DNA of 64,000 nucleotides from an uncultured bacterium (GTDB lineage Bacteria; Babelota; Babeliae; Babelales; Vermiphilaceae): NCBI GenBank assembly GCA_963701085.1, contig OY969561.1, positions 352,001 to 416,000 of the forward strand, read 5' to 3'. Shown piece by piece: positions 63,101 to 64,000 of this stretch (position 1 is its first letter; each line of letters starts with the position of its first letter). The notes under the pieces were generated by a model. It saw only the letters and a program-made list of their open reading frames with translations, ran no database searches and was not told where the DNA came from. The position numbers and the translations under genes were made by a program.

Positions 63101-64000
63101 CTTAAGGCTGCAGTTATTGTTCCAGCAGAGAAGTTGCCTGATGAATCACGTTTTACAATAGTACTTACGGTATTAACATTTGTTGCAGCATTTGCAGCGG
63201 TTGTTGCAGTTGCAACATTGGCTGCAGTTTGTCCGCCAACAGTGCTGACAACCGTTGCTCCTTGAGTACCGGTGACATCACCAACTAATGAGCCAGAGAA
63301 ATTGGTTGCGGTTGTTGCCGTTGTTGCATTACCACTGAGTGCAGCGGTTATGGTGCCCGCAGAGAAGTTATTAGAAGAATCACGTAATACAATAGTACTT
63401 GCAGTGTTCGCAGCTGTTGCAGTTGTTGCAGAATTTGCAACTTTGCCAGCTGTACTGATTGTTGCAAGTTTACTATCAACAATTGCAGCTGCAGGATCAA
63501 CATCGGCATTAACAATTAATGATGTTGATAATAATCCTGCAGCACTATTGTGCACTATGCCAACCGTACTAAGACCATTAATAGTAACCCCACCTGTTGC
63601 GCTAATATTCATACGCTCCACAGCATTGGTATCGAATGATAATGTATTAACTGTAGCTGCTGAAAGCCCTGTCGTGGTACTTCCGGTAAATCGTAGTGAA
63701 GGAAGAGCAGCGGTTCCTGCCGGTAATTGTAATGCTCCAGTCATAGTATCACCAGCTTTGAGTACGTTAAGTGATGCAGCGCCGGTTAAACTTGCCGTAA
63801 TTGTACCAGCAGAGAAGTTGCCTGATCCATCGCGCAATACAATGGTATTTATGGTATTAGCACTTGTTGCCGCATTAGCAAGCACTGTTGCAGCAGCAAC
63901 ACTGGCTGCAGTTTGTCCACCAACTGCACTGACGACCGTTGCTCCTTGCGTTCCTGTAACATCACCAACCAATGAACCAGAAAAGTTAGTTGCTGTAGTT
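60187..64000 (-). CDS. Fibre protein F10, 3' part (more than 1270 aa; 5' end beyond the window) with S74 chaperone
   Basis: The frame continues to the window edge; same repeat modules; SSRRFKHDI...YGLIAEEV plus a long coiled coil. Confidence 0.88.
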   Translation of the reverse strand, partial: TTATNFSGSLVGDVTGTQGATVVSAVGGQTAASVAAATVLANAATSANTINTIVLRDGSGNFSAGTITASLTGAASLNVLKAGDTMTGALQLPAGTAALPSLRFTGSTTTGLSAATVNTLSFDTNAVERMNISATGGVTINGLSTVGIVHNSAAGLLSTSLIVNADVDPAAAIVDSKLATISTAGKVANSATTATAANTASTIVLRDSSNNFSAGTITAALSGNATTATTATNFSGSLVGDVTGTQGATVVSTVGGQTAANVATATTAANAATNVNTVSTIVKRDSSGNFSAGTITAALSGNATTATTATSFSGSLAGDVTGTQGATVVATVGGQTAANVAAATVLANAATNANTASTIVKRDASGNFATNMVTLNGTTTNATDAATKAYVDSTVGGTNLNTANTVVKRDGTGSFAAQVISMTDGVHSGNLILSTEPSTSTAGNILKGSSRFIHDFGTNNTFVGISAGNFTTSGSGANTGIGVSALTANGTGAFNTAVGYSTLAANTVGIDNTALGYNALAVSTTGTDNTAIGYNALAANATGTSFNTAVGSSALAANTTGTNNAAVGYSALAANTVGIHNTALGYDALLVSTTGTDNTAIGYNALAANATGTSFNTAVGSSALAANTTGTNNAAVGYSALAANTVGTHNTALGYDALLVSTTGTDNTAIGYNALAANATGTSFNTAVGSSALAANTTGTNNAAVGYSALAANTVGIHNTALGYDALLVSTTGTDNTAIGYNALAANATGTSNNTAVGSSALAANTTGTFNTAVGKSTLAANTVGIDNTALGYNALAVSTTGTDNTAIGYNALAANATGTSNNTAVGSSALAANTTGTNNTAVGKSALAANTVGTHNTALGYDALLVSTTGTDNTAIGYNALAANATGTSGSTAVGSSALAANTTGTFNTAVGYSALAANTTGINNTALGYNALAVTTGAANANTAVGSTALQANTTGIDNTAVGAGALATNTVGTSNTAVGWFALNVNTTGINNTALGSATLGHNTIGISNTAVGSSALNANTTGNSNTAIGTSSLSANTTGINNTALGNATFPAVTTGSNNIAIGQGAGGTLTTGSGNIYINANGATAAEANTTRIGTSQTACFIQGIVGVTIPPGHVLTALIDSTNGQLATVSSSRRFKHDIQDMNDASGNIFMLNPVTFVYNDDATESITYGLIAEEVDEVFPNLVVRDIDEQPYSVQYHVLPVLLLNEVKKQKVAIEQQQETIAKQDQSIENLTITVEAMNQAIKSLQNQIQQFAQRMKIMESNA
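61270..62510 (-). repeat. 207-bp (69-aa) higher-order tandem repeat in F10, about 6 units
   Basis: acaagtaatgcatcataaccaagtgcgg at about 61399, 61814, 62020 and 62228; unit is 17+18+17+17 aa. Confidence 0.85.

Noticed and set aside
20613-63265. Numerous antisense and alternate-frame ORFs (e.g. 39801-40535, 44628-45269, 58777-59733)
   Set aside because: They are shadows of Ala/Gly/Thr/Asn-rich repetitive coding sequence that lacks stops on the opposite strand
20141-64000. Prophage, tailocin or eCIS tail-fibre region
   Set aside because: No capsid, portal, terminase, sheath, tube, baseplate or lysis genes; the genes have signal peptides, individual terminators and mixed orientation
20141-64000. 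Trimeric autotransporter (YadA-like) adhesins
   Set aside because: C-termini are S74 chaperone plus coiled coil, not a beta-barrel anchor ending in an aromatic residue
4578-64000. Shufflon (recombinase plus invertible 3' cassettes)
   Set aside because: Each fibre gene with a visible 5' end has its own start and signal peptide; no short repeated crossover sites or promoterless cassettes seen; the recombinase is about 15 kb away

Overview
This is a bacterial chromosome segment, AT-rich by eye. My inference, from gene style only (many short 'MKK...A-M(E)' signal-peptide proteins and eukaryote-like domains; no search run), is a protist-associated lineage such as Candidatus Dependentiae/Babelota (TM6). 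The first 20 kb holds housekeeping genes (thyX, ftsW, murD, ileS, rplI, dnaB, ruvC), a tyrosine recombinase and three tiny pilin-like genes. It also holds several signal-peptide effector-like proteins: a 5-finger C2H2 zinc-finger protein, two J-domain-like proteins, an Asp-box beta-propeller, an 11-mer amphipathic protein and a Tyr/Gly low-complexity protein. From 20.1 kb to the window end lies an array of at least 10 paralogous, modular fibre/tailspike-like genes of about 500 to about 3200 aa. All end in a Peptidase_S74-type intramolecular chaperone plus coiled coil, and the nine whose 5' ends are visible start with a signal peptide. Most share an unrecognised N-terminal helical domain, and paralogs exchange near-identical DNA patches. 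The array converges on a 28-bp dif-like XerC/XerD site (32203-32230), so it probably straddles the replication terminus. A family of REP-like palindromes overlaps gene 3' ends, and one 30-bp palindrome sits in frame inside a fibre gene. Several single-base frameshifts, including one in essential ileS, are most likely long-read sequencing errors.
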